Assembly (NCBI GenBank): GCA_965261385.1
Contig: CBDHDB010000002.1
Location: forward strand, 1,989,091 to 2,053,090
DNA: 64,000 nucleotides
Reading direction: 5' to 3'
Origin: Dehalococcoidia bacterium
GTDB taxonomy: Bacteria > Chloroflexota > Dehalococcoidia > Lucifugimonadales > Australimonadaceae
Shown piece by piece: positions 1-8,984 of the stretch. The position numbers were made by a program, and so were the translations under genes. Position 1 is the first letter of the stretch. The number at the start of each line of letters is the position of its first letter. The notes under the pieces are model-generated. The model was not told the DNA's origin. It did no database searches and was given only the letters and a program-made list of their open reading frames with translations.

Positions 1-568
1 GCGTGTCGGTCGACGCCACCACCAGCGAATACGCCCCCTTCAGTGAGCGCATCAGGTAGGCCGTCTTCTCCTTCCACGAGTCGCCCGGCGCCCAGGCGAG
101 CAGGTGAGCGATCACCTCTGAGTCCGTCCCGGTGACGCACTGCACGCCCCACTCGTCTTCCAGTCGGTCCCGGAGCTCGACGGCGTTGATGACGTTGCCG
201 TTGTGGCCGAGCGCAATCTCGACCGTATCGCTCTTGGAAACGATGGGCTGCGCGTTCAAGGCGCTGCTCGACCCCGTCGTCGAGTAGCGCGTATGCCCGA
301 TTGCGATGTGTCCGGGAAGGCGGTCGATATCCTCTTGCCGGAAGGCATTGGAGACGAGGCCGACGTTCGTGAAGTTCCGGAGCGTCCGGCCGTCCGCAGC
401 GGCGATCCCTGCGCTCTCTTGTCCCCGGTGCTGGAGGGCGAACAGCCCGTAGAAGGCGACCTGAGCGGCGTCGCTATTCACGCCTGCAGGAAGATAAGCG
501 CCCATCACCCCACAAGCTTCGCGGGGCGAATCCGACTCCGTGCTGACGGGCCTATGGCTTTCGGCCAA
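1..568 (-). CDS. purF: Amidophosphoribosyltransferase, N-terminal part (gene runs off left edge)
   Basis: Minus-strand translation reads ..SPREA-CGVMGAYLPAGVNSDAAQVAFYGLFALQHRGQESAGIAAADGRTLRNFTNVGLVSNAFRQEDIDRLPGHIAIGHTRYSTTGSS..NAQPIV. This is a class-II glutamine amidotransferase with its catalytic Cys codon at 514-512 after a short propeptide. It is absent from the ORF track because the window edge truncates it. The start codon is uncertain (TTG near 568 or ATG at 505). Confidence 0.85.
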   Translation of the reverse strand, partial: MAESHRPVSTESDSPREACGVMGAYLPAGVNSDAAQVAFYGLFALQHRGQESAGIAAADGRTLRNFTNVGLVSNAFRQEDIDRLPGHIAIGHTRYSTTGSSSALNAQPIVSKSDTVEIALGHNGNVINAVELRDRLEDEWGVQCVTGTDSEVIAHLLAWAPGDSWKEKTAYLMRSLKGAYSLVVASTDT

Positions 569-729
569 AAAAACCTGCTTACACCGGGAGGGCTGCGAGA
601 TGTATACCATTCTACCCCACTCTCAACAAATGCGCTCGCCCTCCGTCATTCCCGTCAACACGCCCCGCCCCAACCCCACCGCGACATTTGCCCCTTACCC
701 CAAACCCCCCAACCCTCTTAAAATGACCC

Positions 730-1000
730 CCCATGCCCTCCCTCAGCCGAGAACTGCCTCCCCCTTCCTTCACTCCCGCGCCCTTCCGTCATTCCCGCGC
801 AGGCGGGAACCTCGTAGCGGGGCAACAGCACCGCGATCCCTCCCTCTGTCCCCGCCCGCCTATTCTCGTCGGTTGTCGTGTGGGCCGATAGGCCAACATG
901 GGGGATTGCCTCGAAAGTCCTCTCTCCCGTCTGCGGGGGAGAGTTAGAGAGGGGGCCGCCCCACCCGCCAATCAGCGGCGTGGTCCCTTCCCTCGCGTAA
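730..1000. repeat. Mosaic intergenic repeat locus (modules A, B, C)
   Basis: TTCCCGC-GCAG-GCGGGAA hairpin at 792-809. Module B (tcgtcggttgtcgtgtgggccgataggccaacatg) at about 865-900. Module C (cctcgaaagtcctctctcccgtctgcgggggagagttagagagggggccgccccacccgccaatc) at about 908-972. The same modules recur at more than 10 other loci in the window. Confidence 0.85.
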
Positions 1001-1095
1001 CAACAAGAATTTCTCGGCGATCAACTTTTCAAGCCCAGGAAGCAGGCCACGGCCATGAAAACACCCTCGAAAACCCCCGTCCCGCCGTACAAATT

Positions 1096-1232
1096 GGACA
1101 ACTTTTTACGCCTGACGCCCAGCAAAACGGACAACTTCTCACGCCTGGCAAATGTGAGTTGGACAACTTCTTCACGCCTGGCAAAAATGAGGTGGACAAC
1201 CTTTTTCACGCAAACGGACAACTTCCTCATCC
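1096..1232 (+). repeat. Array of five direct repeats GGACAACTT(y)TTCACGCC.., period about 33 nt
   Basis: GGACAAC units start at 1096, 1129, 1161, 1194 and 1216 (spacings 33, 32, 33, 22). Units b and c share GGACAACTTCT(T)CACGCCTGGCAAA. A related array lies on the opposite strand at 25889-26010. Confidence 0.8.
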
Positions 1233-1247
1233 GGCCCGCATCGCCCC

Positions 1248-1979
1248 TCATGCGCGCAGCAATACGAAGAACTCCCTATTGCCCGTCTCTCCCGGAACCC
1301 GCGACGCTCGAACGCCCAGCACCCGAAGACCCCGCTCGACAGCCCACAGGCAGAATCCGCCGGCTACCCGGGCGTGTACTTGCGGGTCTCGCACGACTCC
1401 CCGGTCCCTCGCCTGCCCCCTGCCCGCCTCGAACTGCGGCTTCACGAGCGCCAAAACACGGCCCCCCGGCCGCAGGTGTGCGAGCGCCGATGGCAAGACC
1501 AATCGAAGGGAGATGAACGACACGTCCGCAACGACCAGGTCAACCGCCTCCGCCAGCTCAAACGGCGTCCGTGCATTGAGGCTCTCCCGGAACGTCACTC
1601 GTTCGTCCCGCCTGAGCTTCTCCGCCAGCTGGCCTCGCCCGACGTCGACCGCGTAGACATGCCTCGCCCCCGACTGCAAGAGGCAGTCCGTGAAGCCCCC
1701 CGTCGACGCCCCCACGTCAAGGGCCGCCAGACCTTGGACCTCGACTCCAAAGTCATCGAGCGCCCCCGCCAGCTTGTCTCCTCCTCTGCTCACGAACCGG
1801 CGGCGCTGCGCCAACCGGATCTCCGCGTCCGAGGGGAGCATCTGGCCGGCCTTCTCGACCCTCCCGTTGGGCAGCAGCGCCTCGCCTGCCAGAATCATCG
1901 CGCGTGCGGCCTCGCGAGAGCGCGCCAGCCCCCGGCTGACGAGCAGCTGGTCCGCTCGTTCTTTTCTCGTGGATTTCAT
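1248..1979 (-). CDS. tlyA: TlyA-family rRNA 2'-O-methyltransferase (S4 domain plus FtsJ-like methyltransferase)
   Basis: MKSTRKERADQLLVSRGLARSREAARAMILAGEALL..RFVSRGGDKLAGALDDFGVEVQGLAALDVGASTGGFTDCLLQSGARHVYAVDVGRGQL..VVADVSFISL. The ORF-track call 1248..2285 is over-extended. I chose the internal ATG at 1979 because the extension overlaps rpmH and its promoter. Confidence 0.8.
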   Translation of the reverse strand: MKSTRKERADQLLVSRGLARSREAARAMILAGEALLPNGRVEKAGQMLPSDAEIRLAQRRRFVSRGGDKLAGALDDFGVEVQGLAALDVGASTGGFTDCLLQSGARHVYAVDVGRGQLAEKLRRDERVTFRESLNARTPFELAEAVDLVVADVSFISLRLVLPSALAHLRPGGRVLALVKPQFEAGRGQARDRGVVRDPQVHARVAGGFCLWAVERGLRVLGVRASRVPGETGNREFFVLLRA

Positions 1980-2056
1980 GGCTCTTGGGGCAAGGAACGC
2001 TCGCGGCGACCCCATGCGGGAAGCCCGGAGCGGCTTCATTTCCAGGCTGGCGCGGT

Positions 2057-2086
2057 TTGACACTTCCTCTGCCCGACCAGTATACT
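2057..2086 (+). promoter_or_regulatory. Sigma-70-like promoter for rpmH-rnpA-yidD
   Basis: TTGACA (2057-2062), 18-nt spacer, TATACT (2081-2086), about 40 nt upstream of the rpmH GTG. Confidence 0.5.
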
Positions 2087-2126
2087 TGTCAACCGGATAT
2101 CGCCCTTCGATTGGAGTGCTACAGCA

Positions 2127-2264
2127 GTGCCGAAGCGTACTTGGCAACCTAAGAAACGACGCCGTCAGCGAAGGCACGGGTTCATGGCCCGGATGCATAC
2201 GCCCGGCGGACGCAGAGTGTTGAGCGCGCGGCGGCTGAAGGGGCGCCGTCGCCTGGCGGTTTAG
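2127..2264 (+). CDS. rpmH: 50S ribosomal protein L34
   Basis: A GTG start gives [45 protein letters not shown] (45 aa), the typical L34 sequence, immediately upstream of rnpA. It is below the ORF-track size cutoff. Confidence 0.9.
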   Translation: MPKRTWQPKKRRRQRRHGFMARMHTPGGRRVLSARRLKGRRRLAV

Positions 2265-2290
2265 ACGCCTTCGGAGAGGCGTCACCCCTA

Positions 2291-2689
2291 ATGGCGGGCC
2301 AAGGCATCCGGCGGGAACAGCATCTCCGTCGGCAGAGCGACTTCCAAGCGCTGCGTAAGAGCGGCCTCTCGAGGGCGCACCCCTTAGTCGTGCTGAGGGC
2401 CGCCCCCAATGCGCTCCCCTACGTCCGCTTCGGCTTCGTCGTTAGCAAGCGTGTTTCCAAGCTGGCGGTCGTCCGCAACCGCATACGCCGGAGAATGCGC
2501 GAAATCGTTCGACGGCTGCCCTTGGGAGAGGGCTGGGACATGCTTATCATCGCCCGGAAGGACGCCGCGGACGCCGCGTTCACCGAGCTACGGGATGTCA
2601 TAGAGAGATTGTCGAGCCGCTTGGGGATCGTGCCGAAGACGCCGCGCCCCAACGCCGCCGCCGAGGCGGGGAGAGGACAGGATGCGTAG
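2291..2689 (+). CDS. rnpA: Ribonuclease P protein component
   Basis: Basic 132-aa protein (..[28 protein letters not shown]..) in the conserved position after rpmH. Confidence 0.85.
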   Translation: MAGQGIRREQHLRRQSDFQALRKSGLSRAHPLVVLRAAPNALPYVRFGFVVSKRVSKLAVVRNRIRRRMREIVRRLPLGEGWDMLIIARKDAADAAFTELRDVIERLSSRLGIVPKTPRPNAAAEAGRGQDA

Positions 2690-2939
2690 GACTGCGATCG
2701 GAGTAATCTCGGTCTACCAGCGCGTCCTGTCGCCCTACTTGCCCGGCACGTGCAGGTACTCTCCGACCTGCTCCCACTACGCGCAGGACGCTATCCTGAC
2801 TCATGGCATGCTGCGAGGCGGATGGCTCGCCGTCAGACGGCTTGCCCGCTGCCACCCCTGGGGCGGTCAGGGATACGACCCCGTACCCGAACGCCCGAAC
2901 GGCCACAAAGACCAAAACGCCGGCGTCAGCTCCGCGTAG
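2682..2939 (+). CDS. yidD: Membrane protein insertion efficiency factor YidD
   Basis: [59 protein letters not shown]. Overlaps the rnpA stop by 8 nt. Confidence 0.9.
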   Translation: MRRTAIGVISVYQRVLSPYLPGTCRYSPTCSHYAQDAILTHGMLRGGWLAVRRLARCHPWGGQGYDPVPERPNGHKDQNAGVSSA

Positions 2940-3004
2940 CTGCCCCGGCCCGGTTCCGGAGCGTGGGGCCTCTCGCCTCATACTCCGAACGTAAGGATGC
3001 ATAG

Positions 3005-4174
3005 TTGAATCGGACCGGCCCACGCCCCGCTGGACTGGGGGGCCCATTACTTGCGCTGCTCGTATTGCTCAGCGCAACTCTGCTATTTGCCGGCTGCGCC
3101 CAGAACAGGAGCGCCGCCACGCAAAGCTGGTCGGGCGTCGCAGTCACGGAGGACTCCCTCTTTGTCGGGACCAGCGACGGCAAGCTGATCCAGCTCTCCG
3201 CAGACGCGGGCATCGCGCGCCTCGCCCCCTACATGGTCCCGGACCCTGCCGAGGGCGAGGGCTTTCCCGCTCTCTACGGCACGCCCACGGTTGAGAACGG
3301 CCGCGTATTCGCCGGCGTCTACAACGGCGTTGTCGTCTCGGTCAGCGCCGCCAACCTCGGCGACGCGAGGACCTTCGAGGTGGAAGGCAACGACCTCGCC
3401 AAGGGCATCGCAGGCTCCGTCCTTCCCGCGGGCGGGCTGCTCGTCGTAGCCGCCGCCGAGGACGCCGACAAAGGCCGGCTGTACGTCCTCGAATCCGACA
3501 GCCTCATCGAGAGCTGCCGGTACCCGGCCAGAAATGAAGAACCCATCGGCCAGATATGGTCCACCCCCGTGCTCCACAACGGCATCGCCTACTTCGGAGA
3601 CCTGAGCCATAAGGTCCATGCCGTGTCCATCTCCGACTGCCGCCCCGTCTGGGACCAGCCGGCCGAGCTGGGCGGCGCAATCGTGGCGCCGCCCACCATC
3701 GCCGGAAGCAACCTCTACGTGGGCGCCTTCGACCAGGTCTTCTACTCAGTTGGTCTCTCCACCGGAATCGTCACCGGGCTATTCAGCGCGGAAAACTGGT
3801 TCTGGTCCGGCTCCGTCACCGACGGGGACCGCATCTACGCCCCCAACATGGACGGCAACGTATACGCCTACGACCTCCGGGACGGACGGGTGGCGTGGGC
3901 CTACCCGAACGATGGGACCGGCGAGCCCATCCTCTCCACCCCCGTCGTCGTGGGAGGTGAGCTCGTCTACGCGTCAGACTCAGGGGTTATGGTCGTGCTT
4001 CGTACGAGGGACGGCCTGCGCCAGTGGGACCGCCGGGTCGGCAACGACGTGCGCGCCCCGCTTTCCACCGACGGCGTCCGCGTGTTCCTCCACTCACTCG
4101 ATGAAACGGTGAGCGCCGTGAACCTGGAAACCAAGCAGCTCGCATGGGAGCGCAACTTGGATGACGTAAAGTAG
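3005..4174 (+). CDS. PQQ-like/BamB-like beta-propeller repeat lipoprotein
   Basis: Signal peptide with lipobox (LLFAGC). Repeated propeller motifs of the type IYAPNMDGNVYAYDLRDGRVAWAY. TTG start. Confidence 0.7.
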   Translation: MNRTGPRPAGLGGPLLALLVLLSATLLFAGCAQNRSAATQSWSGVAVTEDSLFVGTSDGKLIQLSADAGIARLAPYMVPDPAEGEGFPALYGTPTVENGRVFAGVYNGVVVSVSAANLGDARTFEVEGNDLAKGIAGSVLPAGGLLVVAAAEDADKGRLYVLESDSLIESCRYPARNEEPIGQIWSTPVLHNGIAYFGDLSHKVHAVSISDCRPVWDQPAELGGAIVAPPTIAGSNLYVGAFDQVFYSVGLSTGIVTGLFSAENWFWSGSVTDGDRIYAPNMDGNVYAYDLRDGRVAWAYPNDGTGEPILSTPVVVGGELVYASDSGVMVVLRTRDGLRQWDRRVGNDVRAPLSTDGVRVFLHSLDETVSAVNLETKQLAWERNLDDVK

Positions 4175-4184
4175 AGCGGTAACG

Positions 4185-5120
4185 ATGGAATTCCTTACCC
4201 TCCTCTGGACGGAAGCGATCACCAAGCCGATGACCAACAGCTTGTTGGTTCTCTATGCCGTGCTTGGCCAGAACCTCGGAATCGCCATCATCGCCTTCAC
4301 CATCATCGTGCGTGGCCTCACCTACCCCCTCGTCGTCCGCCAGCTCCGGCAGATGAAGCGGATGCAGAGTCTCCAGCCTCGCATCAAGGACATCAACGAG
4401 AAGTACAAGAACAACCCTCAGCTTCGCGGCCAAGAGGTGATGAAGCTCTACCGCGAGATGGGCGTGAATCCCGTGGGCTGTCTCGGCCCCCTTGTGATTC
4501 AGATGCCCATCTTCATCGGCCTCTTCTGGGCCATCAACGGCGTCCTGCCCTTCACCCCCGAGAACCTCGCCGGCCTCTCCAGCAAGCTCTACGGGTGGCT
4601 CCCCTTCCTGGACAGCATCGTGCCAGTGAACAGGGGGTTCCTGGGCCTGGACCTCGCGCTCGACCCCATGCGGGCGGGCAGCATCCTTGGTTTCGTGCTC
4701 GTCGCTCTCTCCGGCATCAGCATGTACGTGCAGCAGAAGATGAGCCAGATGCCCTCCCCGGACCCCGCGCAGCAGAGCACCCAGCGGATGATGCTGTTCA
4801 TGTTCCCCGTCATGTTCGGGATGTTCAGCCTCTTCTTTCCTCTCGGTCTCGTCATCTACTGGGTCGCTTCGACCCTCATCGGCATAGTTATGCAATATTT
4901 GGTTTCCGGTTGGGGAGGTCTACGCTCTCAGGACGAGCCGGTCGCCGCGCGCCCCGCCTCCAGGCTCGGCCCGACCCTCAGCGGAGCCCTACCGGACAAG
5001 GAGGAAGGCGATGGAAGACCAGAGCCTCGTCCGAACAGCGAAGACAGTGGAGGAGGCGATCGAGCTCGCAACCCTCGAGCTCGGCGTAGGCCCCGACGAA
5101 ATCGAGGTCGACGTCCTTAG
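4185..5120 (+). CDS. yidC: YidC/Oxa1-family membrane protein insertase (short monoderm type) with basic C-terminal tail
   Basis: IIAFTIIVRGLTYPLVVRQLRQMKRMQSLQPRIKDINEKYKNNPQ..EVMKLYREMGVNPVGCLGPLVIQMPIFIGLFWAI. The tail is ..RARNPRARRRPRRNRGRRP. Confidence 0.9.
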   Translation: MEFLTLLWTEAITKPMTNSLLVLYAVLGQNLGIAIIAFTIIVRGLTYPLVVRQLRQMKRMQSLQPRIKDINEKYKNNPQLRGQEVMKLYREMGVNPVGCLGPLVIQMPIFIGLFWAINGVLPFTPENLAGLSSKLYGWLPFLDSIVPVNRGFLGLDLALDPMRAGSILGFVLVALSGISMYVQQKMSQMPSPDPAQQSTQRMMLFMFPVMFGMFSLFFPLGLVIYWVASTLIGIVMQYLVSGWGGLRSQDEPVAARPASRLGPTLSGALPDKEEGDGRPEPRPNSEDSGGGDRARNPRARRRPRRNRGRRP

Positions 5121-5724
5121 CACTGGCCGCGCGGGCATCCTCGGCATCGGAGCCGAGCCCGCGAGAGTGCGCGTCCGACTCCTCGCTGACGATGACGGGA
5201 GCGCCCGCGCCGCCCTCGGCGTCGTCTCCCGCATCCTCGAAGAGCTGGACGTCGACGCCGTGCCGACCATCCGCAGCTCCGGCTCCGACGACGACCAGCT
5301 AGCCGTCATCGACATCCAGGGAGACGACGCGGGCCTGCTCATCGGCCGCCGCGGCGAGACCCTGCGCGCCCTCCAGTTCATCACCAACGTCATACTCAAC
5401 CAGGGCGAGACCCGTACAGGGGGCGTAATCGTCGACGTCGAGCAGTACCGCGAGCGTCGTCAGCGCCAGCTCCGCGATCTGGCCGAGCGCATGGCCCAGC
5501 GCGCCATCAACAATGGCGCCGACGTGACCCTCGACCCCATGACCGCCGCTGACCGCCGCATCATCCACATGTCGCTCGCCGACTACAAAGGCGTTAGGAC
5601 CGAAAGCTCAGGCGAGGGCAGCCAGCGCTGCGTGACCATCTCCCCCACCGGCGAGGTACGCTCGTCGTCCGGAGGCGGCGATAGGTCCCGACGCCGCGGG
5701 CGCAGGCCGCCGATCGACCGCTAG
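5011..5724 (+). CDS. jag: Jag/KhpB RNA-binding protein (Jag_N, KH, R3H)
   Basis: N-terminus AKTVEEAIELATLELGVGPDEIEVDVLSTGRAGILGIG. KH-like GRRGETLRALQFI. R3H-like DRRIIHMSLADYKGVRTESSGEG. The start lies 110 nt inside the yidC 3' end. Confidence 0.85.
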   Translation: MEDQSLVRTAKTVEEAIELATLELGVGPDEIEVDVLSTGRAGILGIGAEPARVRVRLLADDDGSARAALGVVSRILEELDVDAVPTIRSSGSDDDQLAVIDIQGDDAGLLIGRRGETLRALQFITNVILNQGETRTGGVIVDVEQYRERRQRQLRDLAERMAQRAINNGADVTLDPMTAADRRIIHMSLADYKGVRTESSGEGSQRCVTISPTGEVRSSSGGGDRSRRRGRRPPIDR

Positions 5725-5732
5725 GCGGCGCA

Positions 5733-6662
5733 ATGGGCTTTGAACTCCCTCCGGAGGCCCGCCTAGCGGACAGGCGCAGGCTGCTGCTGACCCTTGGCGC
5801 GCCCTACGCCCTCCTCTTCCTGGCGTCCCTGACTGCCTGGCCGTGGCGGGCCCTGGAGATTCCCGGCGTCATCGGCACGCTGGCCCCGCCGTCCTTCCTC
5901 TTTCTCGCCGCCACCGTCGCCGCCTCGACCGTCGCCCTCCGCCGCAGACTCCCCTTATCGATGATCACCTGGCTGCCCGCCGGCCAGGGCGCAATCGTGC
6001 TCCTCGCGACAGGCTTCTTCACCGTCGGACCACAGGACGAGCTCACCGGGCTCGCCTTCCTCCTCGCCTACGGCGTCGTCTTTCTCATCGTCCTCGCCGT
6101 CACCACCGCGATTGCATCCCACGGCGGGCCGCTGGCCGTCAGCTTCATCTCCCTGTTCGTCTTCACCCAGGCCGCCCGCTTCCCCGTGTTCGAGGCTGAC
6201 GCGCCGGCCTCCATCGAGGGAGCGACCCTCCTCACCTTGGCCGCCGCCCTCCTTGCCGCCGCCGAAATCGCGCTGATGGTCTGGCTCGCGCGCCGCCTCG
6301 TCGAAGCCGCCGACGTCTCAGCCACGCGGACCGCCCTTTCGATTGTCGGCCTCGTCATAGCCCACGGGTTCCTCGCCAGCTGGGAAGACCCTGCGCTGAA
6401 CGGCGCCCTCTCCCCAATCGCCATCCTTGAACAGATGGCGCGCTGGCTGATGTTCGCCGGAATCCAGATCGGCATGGCCACGGTGCTCATCCGCTTCCGC
6501 CGCGCCCAATACCGCGAAGAAGCGACAGACGCGGCCACGTTCGCCCCGTCCCCGCCGGCAGGACCGCCCCAGCCCGAAGCCGCCTCAGAACCACAGCCTC
6601 CGACCGTCCCTGAACCCACTCGACAGGGACGCCGCCCCACGCCAAGGCGCCGCCACCGCTGA
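5733..6662 (+). CDS. Hypothetical polytopic membrane protein with Pro-rich basic C-terminus
   Basis: About 8 hydrophobic segments. No family recognised. Confidence 0.55.
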   Translation: MGFELPPEARLADRRRLLLTLGAPYALLFLASLTAWPWRALEIPGVIGTLAPPSFLFLAATVAASTVALRRRLPLSMITWLPAGQGAIVLLATGFFTVGPQDELTGLAFLLAYGVVFLIVLAVTTAIASHGGPLAVSFISLFVFTQAARFPVFEADAPASIEGATLLTLAAALLAAAEIALMVWLARRLVEAADVSATRTALSIVGLVIAHGFLASWEDPALNGALSPIAILEQMARWLMFAGIQIGMATVLIRFRRAQYREEATDAATFAPSPPAGPPQPEAASEPQPPTVPEPTRQGRRPTPRRRHR

Positions 6663-6760
6663 CGGCTGGCCATGCGTCACGTTCGCCCGCCCCCCGCCCC
6701 GTTTGGTGAGAAACCGCTCGGAGCGTAGAATCCCCGCCGAGCCACCGAGGGAGGACCGCC

Positions 6761-7510
6761 ATGGATACCGGCATCGAGGGTAAGGTTGTGCTCATCACGG
6801 GCGCGGGCAGGAATATCGGAAGGGCCACGGCGGAGATGTTCGCTGCCGAGGGAGCGCGGCTCGTCCTGACCACCCGCCGAAGCCAGGACTTGCTCGACGA
6901 GACCGCAGCCGCCTGCCGCGCGGCGGGCGCCGAAGTGACGACCGCACTGTGCGACGTCGCCGACGAAGACCAGGTGAACGCCATGGTCGAGACGGCGGAG
7001 CGCGCGTTCGGAGCTGTGGACGTACTGGTCAACAACGCGGCGAACCGGGTCCAAGGCTCATTCCTCGAACAGACGACGGAGGACTGGCAAGCGACCGCCG
7101 GAGTCAACCTGGACGGCGTCATCTTCGCCAGCCGTGCGGTGTTGCCCGGCATGGTGGAGCGCGGCTGGGGACGTATCATCAACTACTCCGGCGTTTCCGC
7201 CTACCGTGGCGGCGGAGCGCTCAAAGCGGCGGTCAAGCTCGGCGTCGTCGGACTCACGCGGGGACTCGCCCGCGAATTCGGCAAGCGCGGCGTCACCGTG
7301 AACGCCATCGCTCCCAGCTCCATCGAAGGCGAGCGCGACCCTGGCACCGAGCGGGACGTGGATATCTCAGGTATCGACCCAAAGCTGCCCGTTCCGCGGT
7401 TCGGCAGTCCGGAAGAGGTCGCGGCGCTGGTCGTCTACCTTTGCAGCAAGCACGCCGGGTATGTAACGGGCCAGACCTTCCACATCAACGGCGGCGAGAT
7501 ACTCCAGTAA
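6761..7510 (+). CDS. Short-chain dehydrogenase/reductase (FabG-like)
   Basis: VVLITGAGRNIGRATAEMFAAEGARLVL, NNAA, C-terminal GQTFHINGG. Confidence 0.8.
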   Translation: MDTGIEGKVVLITGAGRNIGRATAEMFAAEGARLVLTTRRSQDLLDETAAACRAAGAEVTTALCDVADEDQVNAMVETAERAFGAVDVLVNNAANRVQGSFLEQTTEDWQATAGVNLDGVIFASRAVLPGMVERGWGRIINYSGVSAYRGGGALKAAVKLGVVGLTRGLAREFGKRGVTVNAIAPSSIEGERDPGTERDVDISGIDPKLPVPRFGSPEEVAALVVYLCSKHAGYVTGQTFHINGGEILQ

Positions 7511-7550
7511 CGCATCCATCAATAAACGCACCTCAGGCGAGGAGACCCCG

Positions 7551-8915
7551 ATGACTCAGCCATCCACCCTTGACACCCTGGCGGCCTATATTGCGGGCGC
7601 GCTAGACCGCCCCCTGCCTCCGGCCGTGCAGGAGAAGACCAAGCACCACGTCCTGGACACCATCGCAGCGATGGTCACCGGCTCCCGGCTCAAGCCGGGC
7701 GAGGCCGCCATCGCTTTCGTGCGCTCCCAGGGAGGCGTCCAGGAAGCCGCTATCGTCGGCTCGAACGTCGTAACCACCGCCATCAACGCGGCCATGGCCA
7801 ACGGCATGCTCGCCCATTCCGACGAGACCGACGACTCGCACGCCCCATCGCTCACCCATCCCGGATGCGCAGTGGCCCCCGCCGCGCTGGCCGTCGCGGA
7901 ACGGCAGAGCGCAAGCGGCGAGGCCCTCCTGCGGGCCGTGGCCCTCGGCTACGACGTAGGCTCGCGCATCGCACGGCTCATGGGCGGCATCGACGCCCGC
8001 GGCATGCACGGCCACGCCACCCACACCATCGGACCAATGTTCGGCTCGACCGCGGCGGCCGCCGCTCTGGTGGGACTTGACCCCCAAGGAGTCCGATACG
8101 CCCTCTCCTACACCGCACAGCAGGCCTCCGGCATCACCTCTTGGGCCCGCGACTCCGAGCACATCGAAAAGTCGTTCGTGTTCGGCGGCAACGGCGCACG
8201 GAACGGGGTCACGTCCGCCCTCTTCGTGGCCTCCGGCATGACCGGCGAGGAGGACGCCTTCGAAGGCGAGAACGGGTTCCTCGACGTGTTCTGCCCACGC
8301 CGGGATGAGTTCTCCGAGTGGGTCGCCAGCCTCGGGGACCACTACGAGATCAGCCTCACAAACATCAAGAAGTTCTCCGTTGGATCGCCCATCCAGGCCG
8401 CCGCCGAAGCCATGACGTCGCTCGTCTCAGAGCACGCCGTCGCCGCTGGCGACATCCGCGAGGTCGAGGTGCTGCTCCCGCCCCAAGGAGCGCAGATCGT
8501 CAACGGCCGCCACATGCCGGACGTAAACCTCCAGTACTGCATGGCCGCCATCGCGCTGGACGGCGGCAAGCTGACATTCGAGGCGACCCACACCTACGAG
8601 CGGATGAGCGACCCGGCAATCGTCGATCTCATGGGCAAGGTGCGGCTCCAGGGCACGTCCGAGTTCGCGGGGATGGAGCGTCAGCGTCCCGCGACAGTGC
8701 GAATTCACACCGCCTCCGCCGTCTTGGAGCGGCACGTGCCCGCCGTGCGCGGCACAGCCGACAGCCCCATGACCACCGAGGAGGTCGACGCCAAGGCGGC
8801 GGACCTCATCGGCAGCGTCTACGGCGAACAGCGCGCCAAGGACGTCGTCGCCGCAGTCCATGCCCTCGAAACGACGCCCGCCGCAGTCCTGCGCCCGCTC
8901 CTAACCGAGCCGTAG
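7551..8915 (+). CDS. MmgE/PrpD-family protein (2-methylcitrate dehydratase-like)
   Basis: 454 aa. N-terminus LAAYIAG..LPPAVQEKTKHHVLDTIAAMVTGSRL, with HSDETDDSH. A paralog sits at the right window edge (62913..64000). Confidence 0.8.
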   Translation: MTQPSTLDTLAAYIAGALDRPLPPAVQEKTKHHVLDTIAAMVTGSRLKPGEAAIAFVRSQGGVQEAAIVGSNVVTTAINAAMANGMLAHSDETDDSHAPSLTHPGCAVAPAALAVAERQSASGEALLRAVALGYDVGSRIARLMGGIDARGMHGHATHTIGPMFGSTAAAAALVGLDPQGVRYALSYTAQQASGITSWARDSEHIEKSFVFGGNGARNGVTSALFVASGMTGEEDAFEGENGFLDVFCPRRDEFSEWVASLGDHYEISLTNIKKFSVGSPIQAAAEAMTSLVSEHAVAAGDIREVEVLLPPQGAQIVNGRHMPDVNLQYCMAAIALDGGKLTFEATHTYERMSDPAIVDLMGKVRLQGTSEFAGMERQRPATVRIHTASAVLERHVPAVRGTADSPMTTEEVDAKAADLIGSVYGEQRAKDVVAAVHALETTPAAVLRPLLTEP

Positions 8916-8944
8916 CGCACGGCATTACTTTTGCCACCGCGCCG

Positions 8945-8973
8945 TTGACGGGTTCCGTCGCCCCCGTTACTAT
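8945..8973 (+). promoter_or_regulatory. Sigma-70-like promoter of the ileS leader
   Basis: TTGACG (8945-8950), 17-nt spacer, TACTAT (8968-8973). Confidence 0.55.
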
Positions 8974-8984
8974 CAAATCACAGG

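Noticed and set aside
1096-1232. Possible miniature CRISPR array (periodic ~33-nt repeats), also at 25889-26010
   Set aside because: The conserved cores are only ~17 nt, degenerate, and separated by ~15-nt partly conserved spacers. There are only 3-5 units, and no cas genes or leader in the window.
570-1247. Calling the purF-tlyA intergenic region the chromosomal origin (oriC) outright
   Set aside because: dnaA and dnaN are not in the window, the box matches are imperfect, and an equivalent array occurs at 25.9 kb beside another mosaic locus. It is kept only as a hypothesis under findings.
1980-2285. N-terminal 102 residues of the 345-aa minus-strand ORF (tlyA extension)
   Set aside because: It has no TlyA homology and overlaps rpmH and its promoter on the other strand.
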